Assembly: GCA_951812345.1 (NCBI GenBank)
Contig: OX638295.1
Span: forward strand, 2,542,965-2,606,964
Direction of reading: 5' to 3'
DNA: 64,000 nt
Origin: Rhodothermales bacterium
GTDB taxonomy: Bacteria > Bacteroidota > Rhodothermia > Rhodothermales > VXPQ01
The position numbers were made by a program, and so were the translations under genes. The notes under the pieces were generated by a model. That model made no database searches and had not been told where the DNA came from. It saw only the letters and a program-made list of their open reading frames with translations. Shown here piece after piece: positions 15,585 to 25,624 of this stretch. Each line of letters starts with the position of its first letter. Within the stretch, counting starts at the first letter, position 1.

Positions 15585-17087
15585 ATGCCCGATCCAGGAT
15601 ACATCCTCGCCCTCGATCAGGGCACAACCAGTTCGCGCGCCATCCTTTTCGACCATAGCGGCACGATCCGGGGCGTCGCGCAGCGCGAATTCCGGCAGAT
15701 CTTCCCGCAACCCGGCTGGGTCGAACACGACCCGGAGGAAATATGGTCTTCCCAGGCAGGCGTGGCCGCCGATGTGCTGGCGGAAGCGAACCTGTCGGCC
15801 TCCGACGTAGCCGCCATCGGCATCACGAATCAGCGGGAAACGACCGTCGTCTGGGACCGCCGCACCGGCAAGCCGATACATCACGCCATCGTATGGCAGG
15901 ACCGCCGCACCGCGGGCATGTGCGACCGGCTGCGGGAAGCCGGGCACGCCGACTTCATCCGCTCCCGGACCGGTCTCGTCCTCGACGCCTACTTTTCCGG
16001 CACCAAAGTCCGCTGGATGCTCGATAACGTGGAAGACGCCCGGGAACGGGCGGAACGGGGCGAGTTGGCCTTCGGCACCGTGGATTCCTGGCTGATCTGG
16101 AACATGACGCAGGGCCGCGTACACGTCACCGACGCCACGAACGCCTCGCGCACCCTGATCTATAACATCCATACGAACGAGTGGGACGACGAACTGCTCG
16201 ATATCTTCGGCGTGCCCCGCAGCCTGTTGCCGGAGGTCCGCTCGTCGAGCGAGGAGTATGCGAAAACCTCGGAGGATACCTTCATGCCGAACGTCCCCAT
16301 CGCGGGCATCGCGGGGGACCAGCAGGCAGCCCTTTTCGGGCAGGTATGCACCACGCCGGGCATGGTCAAGAATACGTACGGCACCGGGTGCTTCCTGCTG
16401 ATGCAGACGGGCGAGGAAGCCGTGCGATCGGACAACAATCTCCTTACGACCATTGCCTGGCGGATCGGCGACCGGACCGAATATGCCCTGGAGGGCAGCG
16501 TGTTCATCGCGGGCGCCGTCGTACAGTGGCTGCGGGACGGCCTTGGCGTCATCCGGACTTCCTCGGACGTGGAAGCCCTGGCAAGTTCCGTACCCGACAA
16601 CGGGGGCGTGTATTTCGTGCCGGCGTTCACCGGGCTGGGCGCCCCGCACTGGGATCCGTATGCACGGGGAACCGTCACAGGGCTGACGCGCGGCGCTACC
16701 GCCGGACACCTTGCCCGCGCCGCACTGGAAAGCATCGCCTTTCAGACAGCGGACCTGATCCAGGCCATGGAGGCCGATTCGGGGCTGCGCCTCACCGAAC
16801 TGCGCGTTGACGGCGGGGCTACGGCCAACAATCTGCTCATGCAGTTCCAGGCCGACCTGCTGGGCGTCCCTGCGGTGCGTCCTCGCGTCGCCGAAACGAC
16901 CGCACTGGGCGCCGCCTATCTTGCCGGACTTGCGGTAGGCTTCTGGGCGGACCAGGAGGAAATCTCCACGCAATGGCAGGTGGATCGGCGTTTCGAACCC
17001 GCCATGGAACGCGATCTTGCCGAAGATATGCTCGGGCAATGGAGGCGCGCCCTCGAACGCGCCGCAGGATGGGAAACCCCTGCCTGA
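15585..17087 (+). CDS. glpK: Glycerol kinase
   Basis: 500 aa. [17 protein letters not shown]...[12 protein letters not shown]...[13 protein letters not shown] are FGGY-kinase/GlpK signatures. Confidence 0.95.
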   Translation: MPDPGYILALDQGTTSSRAILFDHSGTIRGVAQREFRQIFPQPGWVEHDPEEIWSSQAGVAADVLAEANLSASDVAAIGITNQRETTVVWDRRTGKPIHHAIVWQDRRTAGMCDRLREAGHADFIRSRTGLVLDAYFSGTKVRWMLDNVEDARERAERGELAFGTVDSWLIWNMTQGRVHVTDATNASRTLIYNIHTNEWDDELLDIFGVPRSLLPEVRSSSEEYAKTSEDTFMPNVPIAGIAGDQQAALFGQVCTTPGMVKNTYGTGCFLLMQTGEEAVRSDNNLLTTIAWRIGDRTEYALEGSVFIAGAVVQWLRDGLGVIRTSSDVEALASSVPDNGGVYFVPAFTGLGAPHWDPYARGTVTGLTRGATAGHLARAALESIAFQTADLIQAMEADSGLRLTELRVDGGATANNLLMQFQADLLGVPAVRPRVAETTALGAAYLAGLAVGFWADQEEISTQWQVDRRFEPAMERDLAEDMLGQWRRALERAAGWETPA

Positions 17088-17157
17088 GGATGGGGATGCC
17101 TTTTTCCCCTCCCGTCGGTACTTTAGGATACTCTACGCACCATCCCTCCTTGCACCC

Positions 17158-17871
17158 ATGACTCCCTTTTTTGCGGAAATCGTCGGAACCGCTTTGCTGG
17201 TTTTGCTGGGCGACGGCGTCGTAGCGAATGTCTTGCTCAAAGGAACCAAGGGCGAGAAATCCGGCTGGATCGTCATCACCTTCGGGTGGGGTATGGCCGT
17301 GTTTGCGGCCGTATTCTGCGTCGCCGCCTTTTCCGGCGCGCATATCAACCCCGCAGTGACCCTCGGACTGGCCACGGCCGGAAAATTTCCCTGGGCGGAC
17401 GTGCCCTTGTACCTGATCGCGCAATTTATCGGCGGTGCGTTGGGCGCCTTCCTGACCTGGCTGCATTATCGCCCGCATTTTCTGCATACCGAAAACGGAG
17501 ACCTGAAGCTGGGCGTTTTCTGCACCGCCCCGGAAATCCGCAGCGCCGGAGCGAATTTCATTTCCGAGGTCATCGGCACGTTCGTGCTCGTTTTCGGCGT
17601 ACTGTATATTGCGGCGCCTGAAGTCGGCCTGGGCGCCCTGGACGCCCTGCCGGTGGGGCTGCTCGTGCTGGCCATCGGCCTGTGCCTCGGCGGAACCACG
17701 GGATATGCGATCAATCCGGCCCGTGACCTGAGCCCGCGCATAATGCATGCTCTCCTTCCCCTCGGAAAAGGCAAGCGGGACAGCGACTGGGGATATGCAT
17801 GGATCCCGGTACTCGGCCCGTTCGCGGGCGGTGCGCTCGCTGCACTGGCCTATGGCGCACTGGGCGCATAG
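17158..17871 (+). CDS. glpF: Aquaglyceroporin / glycerol uptake facilitator (MIP family)
   Basis: Two NPA boxes (GAHINPAVT, YAINPARD). The start is chosen at MTPFFAEIVGTALL, in frame within track ORF 17017-17871. Confidence 0.9.
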   Translation: MTPFFAEIVGTALLVLLGDGVVANVLLKGTKGEKSGWIVITFGWGMAVFAAVFCVAAFSGAHINPAVTLGLATAGKFPWADVPLYLIAQFIGGALGAFLTWLHYRPHFLHTENGDLKLGVFCTAPEIRSAGANFISEVIGTFVLVFGVLYIAAPEVGLGALDALPVGLLVLAIGLCLGGTTGYAINPARDLSPRIMHALLPLGKGKRDSDWGYAWIPVLGPFAGGALAALAYGALGA

Positions 17872-17989
17872 GCCCGCGCGACACCATGCGCGCCGGTGCT
17901 ACGTACCCGCATCCGCACCTGCTCAGGAACCGGAGAGAACGGCAACTTGTATAGAATTAGTTTGCCGGGAAATGATCGAACGGCTACCG

Positions 17990-18076
17990 GGAGGGGTGGC
18001 AGAGCGGACGAATGCACCGGTCTTGAAAACCGGCGTACCCTCGCGGGTACCGGGGGTTCGAATCCCTCCCCCTCCG
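17990..18076 (+). tRNA. tRNA-Ser (anticodon TGA)
   Basis: Acceptor GGAGGGG/CCCCTCC, anticodon loop CT-TGA-AA, long variable arm CGTACCCTCGCGGGTAC, T-loop GGTTCGAATCC, discriminator G. No CCA is encoded. Confidence 0.85.
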
Positions 18077-18259
18077 CGTTTCTTGCCGCCGCGCACCGGT
18101 TTCCGGAGAGCGCAGCTTTTTTTGCAGCGGCGACTGCAACACCGGGACTTTTTTTCCGTAACGGCATGTTAGGCCCGGTGTTTTGCGCTGCGATTCCGCC
18201 TCGGGAGCGAAAAACATCCCCATACGGAACACCCCGAAATTCAGTCCAGGACAGAAATC

Positions 18260-19651
18260 ATGTATATGGTGAACCATGCCGGTCGTTTTCGCCGGACGCC
18301 GCTTTTCGCTCTCCTCCTTGCGGCGGGTATGTTTCTGTTTGCGCCGGGCGGGGGGCGCCACGCACAGGCGCAACAGCCCCGCGTCATCACCTTCGACGAG
18401 GCCCTGCGGATTGCGCTCGACCGGAACGTCCAGGTAAAACAGTCCGGAAACAACATCGAACTGAGCGCCCGGCAGGTGTTTCAGCGGCGGATGGATTTTC
18501 TGCCCTCTTTTTCGATGTCCACCAACGGATCGCGGGGGTCCGGTTTCGCACAGGATCAGGCGGGACGCAACATCCAGTTCACGAGCCAGAACCTGAACGG
18601 ATCGGTTTCGGGCCAGGTGAACCTGTTCGACGGGTTTGCGAATATAGCGGCGCTCCGGCAATCGCAGCACACCCTGCAGGCCAACGAGCTCGCGTACGAT
18701 CAGACCCGGCAAACCGTGGCGTTCGATGTAGCCAACAATTTTCTCTTCTATGTAAATGGGGGGCAACTGGTGCTCATCCAGCAGGAGAATCTGGAGGCCC
18801 AGCGCCAGCTTCTGGACCAGATCGAGGAATTCGTCAATGTCGGGTCGCGTCCCATCTCCGATCTGTACCAGCAGCAGGCGGCTACGGCGCAAGCCGAACT
18901 GAACGTACTTACCTCCGAGCGGGACGCGGAACTCAGCAAGGCCCGGCTTATTCAGGTCCTGCAACTCGACCCGCGGGGCGAGTACGAGTTCGTGGCGCCA
19001 CGCTACGAAGACGTACCTGTCGTTCCCCAGGATTACGACCTGCAGGAACTCTTCGATATCGCGTTCGCGTCGCGCGACGATCTGGCCGCGCAGGAAGCGC
19101 GCATCCGCGCTGCGCAGCAAGGCGTGCGCCTGGCAAAGTCGGTGTTCTGGCCGAGAGTGGACCTCGGCGGCAGTTACCGTTCGAATTACTCGCCGAATGA
19201 TTTTATGAGCAGGTCTTTCCTCGATCAGCTCGAAGGCAACCGGGGCAACTCGCTCGGTTTCAACATCAGCTACTCGATCTTCGACGGTTTTTCCCGGAGT
19301 ACCCAAGTCCAGCAATCCGAGGTGCAATACCGGAACGCGATGCTGGAAATGGAAAGCCTGAGGCAGAATGCGGCCTTGCAGGTAAGGCAGGGGTATCTTG
19401 AATACGAAGCGGCCCGGAAGAGCCTTGAAGTGTCCGAAACGCAAGTGCTTGCCGCCGAACGGGCGCTTGAAGCCTCGCAGAACCGCTACAACGTAGGCGC
19501 CGGTACGCTTGTGGAACTCTCGCAGGCACAGGCCCAGTATGTCTCCGCCGTAAGCAATCGGGTGCAGGCTCAGTACAATTTCCTGTTCCAGGGCAAACTG
19601 GTCGACTTCTTTGTGGGCCGTCTGGACCTTTCGACGCCGTTGTTCGACTGA
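18260..19651 (+). CDS. TolC-family outer membrane efflux protein
   Basis: 463 aa with a signal peptide and two repeated coiled/beta halves. ITFDEALRIALDRNVQVKQ and ...YNVGAGTLVELSQAQ are typical OEP-family motifs. Confidence 0.85.
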   Translation: MYMVNHAGRFRRTPLFALLLAAGMFLFAPGGGRHAQAQQPRVITFDEALRIALDRNVQVKQSGNNIELSARQVFQRRMDFLPSFSMSTNGSRGSGFAQDQAGRNIQFTSQNLNGSVSGQVNLFDGFANIAALRQSQHTLQANELAYDQTRQTVAFDVANNFLFYVNGGQLVLIQQENLEAQRQLLDQIEEFVNVGSRPISDLYQQQAATAQAELNVLTSERDAELSKARLIQVLQLDPRGEYEFVAPRYEDVPVVPQDYDLQELFDIAFASRDDLAAQEARIRAAQQGVRLAKSVFWPRVDLGGSYRSNYSPNDFMSRSFLDQLEGNRGNSLGFNISYSIFDGFSRSTQVQQSEVQYRNAMLEMESLRQNAALQVRQGYLEYEAARKSLEVSETQVLAAERALEASQNRYNVGAGTLVELSQAQAQYVSAVSNRVQAQYNFLFQGKLVDFFVGRLDLSTPLFD

Positions 19652-19710
19652 TTTCGTAACAAGGCGCTCGGCAAACGCACTTTTTCAAACACCTTCCACT
19701 GTTCAAAAAC

Positions 19711-21114
19711 ATGTCGAAAAAATCCAGCGCTACGAAACGCCTGCTGTGGATATTGGGCGGATTGCTCATTCTCCTTGTGGCGTTCGCCATCGTGGGGCGC
19801 GCCACGGGTATGTTCGGTCCGGGAAATTCCGGGACGTTCGTCGAAACGGATGAGGCCGAAGCTCGCAGCATTACGCAGATCGTCACGGCCTCCGGCAGAG
19901 TGCAGCCCGAGGTGGAAGTGATCATCAGTCCGGATGTCTCCGGCGAGATCATCGAACTTCCCGTCAAGGAGGGCGATACCGTGCAACAGGGCATGCTCCT
20001 TGCCCGGATAAAACCTGACTTCTACGTTACGCAGGTCGAACAGGCGCGGGCGGGCGTGTTCCAGGCAAAAGCCTCCATGGCGCAGCGCCAGGCCGATTTG
20101 CTGGAGGCCGAATCGGAACGTACGCGCCAACGGGATTTGTTCGAACGCGCCGCGATCGCCCAGAGCGTGCTCGAACAGGCGGAAACACGGTACGATGTGG
20201 CCGAAGCCGGGCTGGAGGGCGCCAGGTATGCGGTCGAAAGCGCGGAAGCGCGCTTGCGCGAAGCCGAAGAGCAGGTCCGCAAAACAGCCATCTACAGTCC
20301 CATGTCGGGCACGGTCAGCGTGCTCCTGGTGGAACTGGGCGAACGCGTCGTCGGAACCAGTCAGATGGCCGGTACCGTAATGATGCGGGTAGCCCGCCTG
20401 GATCATATGGAGGTTGAAGTCGAGGTGAACGAGAACGAAATCGTCAATGTGGCGGTGGGCGACACGGCGTCCATAGAAGTCGATGCATACCCCGACCGCA
20501 ATTTCCAGGGCGTCGTAACCGAGATCGCCAACTCCGCGCGCACGACCGCAGCCGGAACGCAGGAGCAGGTCACCGAATTCCCCGTCAAGGTGCGTATCCT
20601 GGACGCCCACAACATCCAGGCAGGGTATTCCGACGAACAGCATGTGATTGCGCAGGACGAGGTGCCTGTCCCCATCGGCGATACGCCGCTCTTTCGGCCC
20701 GGTATGAGCGCCACCGTGGATGTCTATACGGAAACGGTCGTTGATGTCGTGGCCGTCCCGATTCAGGCCGTGACCGTGCGCGATTTATCCGGCGTATCCC
20801 TGCAGGACGCCAACGGAGATGCGGAAACAGAGGACGAGAATACGGAGGAGGTCGCCTCGGATTCTTCCCGGACCGACCCAGGGAAGGAAGAATTGAGCAA
20901 GGTGGTGTTCGTCATAGTGGACGGCACGGCCCGGATCGTCGAAGTGGAAACGGGCATATCCGACGACACGCACATCGAGGTGGCCACAGGACTTGCGATC
21001 GGTGACCAGGTCGTTACGGGTCCGTACAGCGCCGTCAGCCGCACGCTGAACCATAGGGATCAGATACGCATCCGCGAGAACGGCACGCCCGATTTCTCGA
21101 GAGCCGGTTCGTAG
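19711..21114 (+). CDS. HlyD/MacA-type periplasmic efflux adaptor
   Basis: It has an N-terminal anchor LLWILGGLLILLVAF, lipoyl/coiled-coil/beta-barrel order (ASGRVQPEVEVIISPDVSGEIIELPVKEGDTV..., a long coiled-coil) and ...PMSGTVS. Confidence 0.85.
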   Translation: MSKKSSATKRLLWILGGLLILLVAFAIVGRATGMFGPGNSGTFVETDEAEARSITQIVTASGRVQPEVEVIISPDVSGEIIELPVKEGDTVQQGMLLARIKPDFYVTQVEQARAGVFQAKASMAQRQADLLEAESERTRQRDLFERAAIAQSVLEQAETRYDVAEAGLEGARYAVESAEARLREAEEQVRKTAIYSPMSGTVSVLLVELGERVVGTSQMAGTVMMRVARLDHMEVEVEVNENEIVNVAVGDTASIEVDAYPDRNFQGVVTEIANSARTTAAGTQEQVTEFPVKVRILDAHNIQAGYSDEQHVIAQDEVPVPIGDTPLFRPGMSATVDVYTETVVDVVAVPIQAVTVRDLSGVSLQDANGDAETEDENTEEVASDSSRTDPGKEELSKVVFVIVDGTARIVEVETGISDDTHIEVATGLAIGDQVVTGPYSAVSRTLNHRDQIRIRENGTPDFSRAGS

Positions 21115-21186
21115 CGGTGCTTCCGGTCAGCCCAGGACGCACTCCTCTGGTTCATATATCAGGACACTCCGATCAAAACCAGCCTC

Positions 21187-21927
21187 ATGGAAGAAAAACG
21201 ACCGCTCATAGCGCTACGCGACATCACCCGGATTTACTACATGGGCGAGCATGAAGTGCATGCCCTTGCCGGCGTGTCGCTGGATGTATTCGAGAACGAA
21301 TACGTAGCGATCATGGGCGCTTCCGGCTCAGGAAAATCCACGTTGATGAATCTCGTAGGGTGTCTGGATTCGCCGACAGGCGGCGCCTACTATCTCAATG
21401 GGCAACGCGTCAGCGAGATGACCGATAACGAACTGGCCAATGTGCGCAATCGCGAGATAGGGTTCGTATTCCAGACATTCAACCTGCTTGCGCGGGCCGA
21501 TTGCATGCACAATGTGGAATTGCCGCTGATATACAGCGGTATCCGGCGCAGGGAGCGGCGCCAGATGGCGGAGCATGCGCTGGAGAGCGTTGGGTTGGCC
21601 GACCGCGTGGACCACAAACCGAATGAACTGTCGGGGGGTCAGCGGCAGCGTGTCGCAGTGGCAAGGGCCCTGGTCAACAGACCCTCGATCATTCTGGCCG
21701 ACGAGCCGACAGGCAACCTCGACACGAAAACGGGCAGGGAAATCATGTACCTGTTCGAGCAGCTCTACCGGCAGGGAAATACCTTGCTCGTCGTTACGCA
21801 CGAAAACGACGTTGCGCAACATGCGCGCCGGATTATCCGCCTGGTTGACGGAGAAGTGGATAGCGACGTAAAGGTGGACAACCCCGTACTCGCTTCCGTT
21901 TCCATCGCCGATCAGGCAGCCGCCTGA
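21187..21927 (+). CDS. ABC transporter ATP-binding protein (MacB/LolD-type, stand-alone)
   Basis: Walker [11 protein letters not shown]-loop, signature LSGGQRQR, Walker B IILADEPT. Confidence 0.9.
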   Translation: MEEKRPLIALRDITRIYYMGEHEVHALAGVSLDVFENEYVAIMGASGSGKSTLMNLVGCLDSPTGGAYYLNGQRVSEMTDNELANVRNREIGFVFQTFNLLARADCMHNVELPLIYSGIRRRERRQMAEHALESVGLADRVDHKPNELSGGQRQRVAVARALVNRPSIILADEPTGNLDTKTGREIMYLFEQLYRQGNTLLVVTHENDVAQHARRIIRLVDGEVDSDVKVDNPVLASVSIADQAAA

Positions 21928-22092
21928 CCCACTATTTCTTTCGCCACAATCCGGGAAAGAATGTGTTTCCGCTGCCGGACAGGCAGCCCCTGCACGTGGC
22001 GTTCCAGACAGTCTTTTCCCTTTACTTTTTCCTGCGCACTGTCTGAGCGAACCGCATCTCGCCAGACTTCGGGCAGTCCCGGCGTAATCGAC

Positions 22093-22620
22093 TTACGAAG
22101 CGCCGCGTCGTCGAGGTCCGAACGTACAGCGGTACTCTTCCTCCACACGCTTGAAGCGTATCGGCAAATCCGTCGGGTGCGTCAACACGGCCTGGAACGG
22201 CACCGATTCGGCAGCGGCTGTCAGACAATCTTCTGCGGGAATTTCCACGAGGTACTCGGCGACAATTGTCGAATCCATCCGGTCAAGGGACAGGAACGTG
22301 ACGGCGTAGCCGCTGGTGATTTGCGGCAGGGCTACGAGAAGCACCATCGCCTGGGAAAAATCCACGGACAGGAAGGGCGCCACGGGGCGAAGCGAATCCT
22401 GCCAGGCCGCCCAGGTTTCCTGATCCCGAATAACGACTTCCAGGGTGTCTTTAAGGGGTCCGTGCTGGCCGTAGCCGATGGCCGCAAAATGCAACGGCTC
22501 CGGAATAGGCTCTTCCTCCGAAACCGATTCAGAACTGCAAGCACCGAGCAGCAAACCCGGAATCAGGAGCAGCGGAAGTACAGAAATACGAATGCGCCTT
22601 GCAGCGCATGGCGACTTCAT
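22093..22620 (-). CDS. Lipoprotein of unknown function
   Basis: The lipobox is LLLGAC. The start overlaps the stop of the upstream permease gene by 1 nt (TAATG on the minus strand). No family is recognised with confidence. Confidence 0.5.
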   Translation of the reverse strand: MKSPCAARRIRISVLPLLLIPGLLLGACSSESVSEEEPIPEPLHFAAIGYGQHGPLKDTLEVVIRDQETWAAWQDSLRPVAPFLSVDFSQAMVLLVALPQITSGYAVTFLSLDRMDSTIVAEYLVEIPAEDCLTAAAESVPFQAVLTHPTDLPIRFKRVEEEYRCTFGPRRRGAS

Positions 22621-23843
22621 TATTCGTAGCGAAGCGAATCGATGGGATTCAGCCGGGCCGCCTTGAGAGCCGGGTAACCGCCGAACACAAGGGCCACGCA
22701 GGCTACGATGGCTACGGTCACGCCGGCCCAGACCCAGGGGATTGTGGCGGAAATGTTAAAATACAGCGCCGTGCCGTTACCGGCCAGTACGCCGAGAAGA
22801 AAACCGGCGCCTCCCCCGATCTGGCACAGGAAAATGGCCTCCAGAATAAATTGCCGCATAATGTCTCTCCTGCGGGCGCCGAGCGCTTTGCGGATACCGA
22901 TCTCGCGCGTTCGTTCCGTAACCGAAACGAGCATGATATTCATGATCCCGATGCCGGCAGCAAGAAGAGAAATAAGCCCGATGGCGGCGCCGGCCTGGGT
23001 GAGCACCGTGGTAAACTGATCGAAGATGGCTCGCATGGAGTCGTTCGTTTCGACGACGAAGTCGTTGTCTTCGCCGGGCGGCACCTTGCGAATAGCCCGC
23101 AGGCGACCGATCACCTCTTCCATGCCGGCGGTAATAAATTGCGGGCCCGGCGTACGCACGCTGGTCGAGGAAATGTTGCGATGGGCGCCGCCGTATCTGA
23201 GAAAGAGCGTCTGCATCGGCGCAAACACCCTGTTGTCCATGTTGAAGCCCAGGAAATTGCCCTTGGGCTCCAGCACGCCGATCACCTGATAGCGCGCGCC
23301 GCCGAATTCGGTTACCTTGCCAATAGGATTTTCGCTTGCGAACAATTCTTCGGCGACACTCGCCCCGAGGATCGTCACCTTCCTGCCGTACTGGACATCT
23401 TCGGGCGTAAAGTTGCGCCCGTATTCGATCGTGTAGCTGAAGTTGCCTACAAAATTCTCGTCGGTGCCCAGAATGGCTACATTGGGTTCCGTTTCGCGGG
23501 CGCCGTAACGGATGGCGGTCATGTCGAAATCCTCGATGACGCTCACCACCAGATACTCGTCCAGCGACCGCTTGAGCCGGTCAATCTGCTCCATCGTAAT
23601 CCTCGGGCGGTACCGGAAATCCCGGTCGGTGACCGAAAAGCTTTCGTAGCGGGAGATCGTGAAGGTGGATGTCCCGAGGAAAGACATCTTCTCCTCGAAA
23701 TACACGTCGATCACTTTCACCGCCGTAATCGATACAATGATGGCGAATACGCCGATCACCATGCCGAGCAAGGTCAGCATGGTGCGCATTTTGTTGGTGC
23801 GCAAGGAGGTCCAGGCAGAGGCTATGATGTCCCGCAGTTCCAT
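22620..23843 (-). CDS. ABC transporter permease, MacB-like periplasmic domain + FtsX
   Basis: 407 aa. The N-terminal TM is followed by a large periplasmic domain. The C-terminal FtsX region is ...SLLAAGIGIMNIMLVSVTERTREIGIRKALGA... Confidence 0.85.
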   Translation of the reverse strand: MELRDIIASAWTSLRTNKMRTMLTLLGMVIGVFAIIVSITAVKVIDVYFEEKMSFLGTSTFTISRYESFSVTDRDFRYRPRITMEQIDRLKRSLDEYLVVSVIEDFDMTAIRYGARETEPNVAILGTDENFVGNFSYTIEYGRNFTPEDVQYGRKVTILGASVAEELFASENPIGKVTEFGGARYQVIGVLEPKGNFLGFNMDNRVFAPMQTLFLRYGGAHRNISSTSVRTPGPQFITAGMEEVIGRLRAIRKVPPGEDNDFVVETNDSMRAIFDQFTTVLTQAGAAIGLISLLAAGIGIMNIMLVSVTERTREIGIRKALGARRRDIMRQFILEAIFLCQIGGGAGFLLGVLAGNGTALYFNISATIPWVWAGVTVAIVACVALVFGGYPALKAARLNPIDSLRYE

Positions 23844-23864
23844 GAACAGGCGTAGGTCGTCGGG

Positions 23865-25121
23865 TTATTCGTAGCGGAGCGATTCGATGGGATCCGATTT
23901 GGCGCCCGCCCAGGCCGGAGCCAATCCGAAAATGAGTCCTACAAGCGTGCAGATCGCAAAAGCGAGAAAGATTGTTCCGATCGGCAGCAGGGTCGGAAGC
24001 GACAGGGCAAGACTGATAATCTGGGCGCACAGGGTAGCGAATGCGACGCCGATGAACCCTCCGACAAGGCAGATGGCCACCGCTTCGATCAGAAACTGGA
24101 TCAGGATCGTGCGGCGGCGCGCCCCGACCGCCTTGCGGAGCCCGATTTCCTTCGTACGCTCCTTGACCGAGACGAACATGATGTTCATCACGCCGATGCC
24201 GCCCACAAGGAGCGCCAGCGCCGTCAGGAAGATGCCGACGCCGTAAATCATGCGCTTGACCGGAGCCAACTGGGCCCGCAGTTCTTCCTGTTCGTTGATC
24301 TCGAAATTGTCGTCTTCGGCGGCGTCAACGGAGCGCGCCACGCGAACGATGCCGGTCAATTCATCCTTGGCCTGATCCAGATCGGCGCCCGGGGCAAGCC
24401 TGGCCTGCACCGAGACATCCCTGTATCGCAAGCCGAAGGCATTGGCGAATGCCTGCAAGGGAATGCGCGCTTGCTGGTCTACAGATCCCGGCCCTTCGGC
24501 GCCCTGGCCTTTTTTCTCCATCACGCCGATCACCTGAAACTGGTGCCCTGCAATACGGATGGATTTGCCGAGCGGATTTTCCACGGGAAACAATGTTTCC
24601 GCTACCGAAGCGCCAATCACGGCCACACGGCGCGCCGTCCGGTTGTCCATTTCCGAATAGAACCGCCCCGAAGCGAGTTCCACGACATGTACGCGCTCAT
24701 ACTCGCCCGTGGACCCCTGGATCGACACGGGAGCAATGGAATTCCCGCCGTAGGTGACCGGCCTGGACGTGGACACGACCGGGGCGGCGGCGGTAATAAG
24801 CCGGGCGCGCTCCAAAACGACCTCCGCAAGTTCGGGCTCGATCTGCGGACGATTCATGTATTCCCACCATTTGGTGTTCGGACCGCCTGTCCATGGCCAC
24901 TTTTCGATATACACCACATCCGTTCCCAACTCGGAAAGGGTGTTCTCGAAAAACTGCTCGATGCCGTTGATGACGGTGACCATCGAAGTCACCGAGGTAA
25001 TGCCGATCACAATGCCAACCATCGTCAGGGCCGACCGCATTTTGTGCGATGCGATGGCGCGCAAAGCGGTCCGGAGCGCTTCGAGAAGCTCGTACAGCAG
25101 AAAATTCAGTTTCTTGACCAC
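23865..25121 (-). CDS. ABC transporter permease, MacB-like periplasmic domain + FtsX (paralog)
   Basis: 418 aa with the same architecture: ...LLVGGIGVMNIMFVSVKERTKEIGLRKAVGA... Confidence 0.85.
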   Translation of the reverse strand: MVKKLNFLLYELLEALRTALRAIASHKMRSALTMVGIVIGITSVTSMVTVINGIEQFFENTLSELGTDVVYIEKWPWTGGPNTKWWEYMNRPQIEPELAEVVLERARLITAAAPVVSTSRPVTYGGNSIAPVSIQGSTGEYERVHVVELASGRFYSEMDNRTARRVAVIGASVAETLFPVENPLGKSIRIAGHQFQVIGVMEKKGQGAEGPGSVDQQARIPLQAFANAFGLRYRDVSVQARLAPGADLDQAKDELTGIVRVARSVDAAEDDNFEINEQEELRAQLAPVKRMIYGVGIFLTALALLVGGIGVMNIMFVSVKERTKEIGLRKAVGARRRTILIQFLIEAVAICLVGGFIGVAFATLCAQIISLALSLPTLLPIGTIFLAFAICTLVGLIFGLAPAWAGAKSDPIESLRYE

Positions 25122-25247
25122 GGGAAAAATGCAGGGTCAGGCGTGGGAAAACAGCGGGCTGCCAAACTGCCAAAACGGCCGATGCGCATACAGGCGGCCC
25201 AAACGTATACGTGATTAGGAGCAAAAAGATACGTTGCCTGATTCATT

Positions 25248-25310
25248 GCTTCGTCATTCCTTGCCAGCACGCCTTTCAGCCTCTGAACTTTGCGGACTTG
25301 ATCAGAGTAT
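25248..25310. repeat. GGATAC-TIR element, right-end fragment
   Basis: TGCTTCGTCATTCCTTGCCAGC...CTCTGAACTTTGCGGACTTGATCAGAGTAT matches 25500-25566 of the full copy. Confidence 0.75.
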
Positions 25311-25315
25311 TTATA

Positions 25316-25568
25316 GGATACTCTGATCAAAACCGCTTCGCCCAGCGCTTCACGTTCGCACGTCAGGACATCATGATTCCATCGTTGAAATCTGCGGAAA
25401 ACACTGAGGTTTCGGGCATCGCGGGCGTGAAGCGCCCTTCGGGAGGCTGCGAGAAGCGCGCTGGCTTTGTCATTCCTCATTGTGTGGGACCTGCCACACT
25501 GCTTCGTCATTCCTTGCCAGCGCGCCCCTCGCAAGCCTCTGAACTTTGCGGACTTGATCAGAGTATCC
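25316..25568. repeat. GGATAC-TIR element, full copy (MITE-like, 253 bp)
   Basis: Perfect 15-bp terminal inverted repeats: GGATACTCTGATCAA (25316-25330) and TTGATCAGAGTATCC (25554-25568). The internal core is shared with 45813, 53251 and 59321. Confidence 0.8.
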
Positions 25569-25624
25569 TAATAGTTTTGCGTTCTTGACTTCCCCATTTC
25601 TGGCGAAATATTCGGGTCCCGCTT

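Noticed and set aside
15318-17039. A 573-aa minus-strand ORF opposite glpK
   Set aside because: glpK on the plus strand is unambiguous. The antisense product is a low-complexity R/G/A/P sequence.
17126-17134. Isolated GGATACTC(T/C) 8-9-mers at 17126, 41871 and 53543, resembling the MITE TIR
   Set aside because: Only 8-9 nt match, with no adjacent core sequence. This is compatible with chance or with fully eroded ends, so they are not counted as copies.
17896-19444. ORFs of 434 aa (+) and 486 aa (-) overlapping the tRNA-Ser(TGA) and the TolC-like gene
   Set aside because: They run through a tRNA gene and overlap a well-supported OEP-family frame. Their composition is typical of off-frame GC-rich translation.
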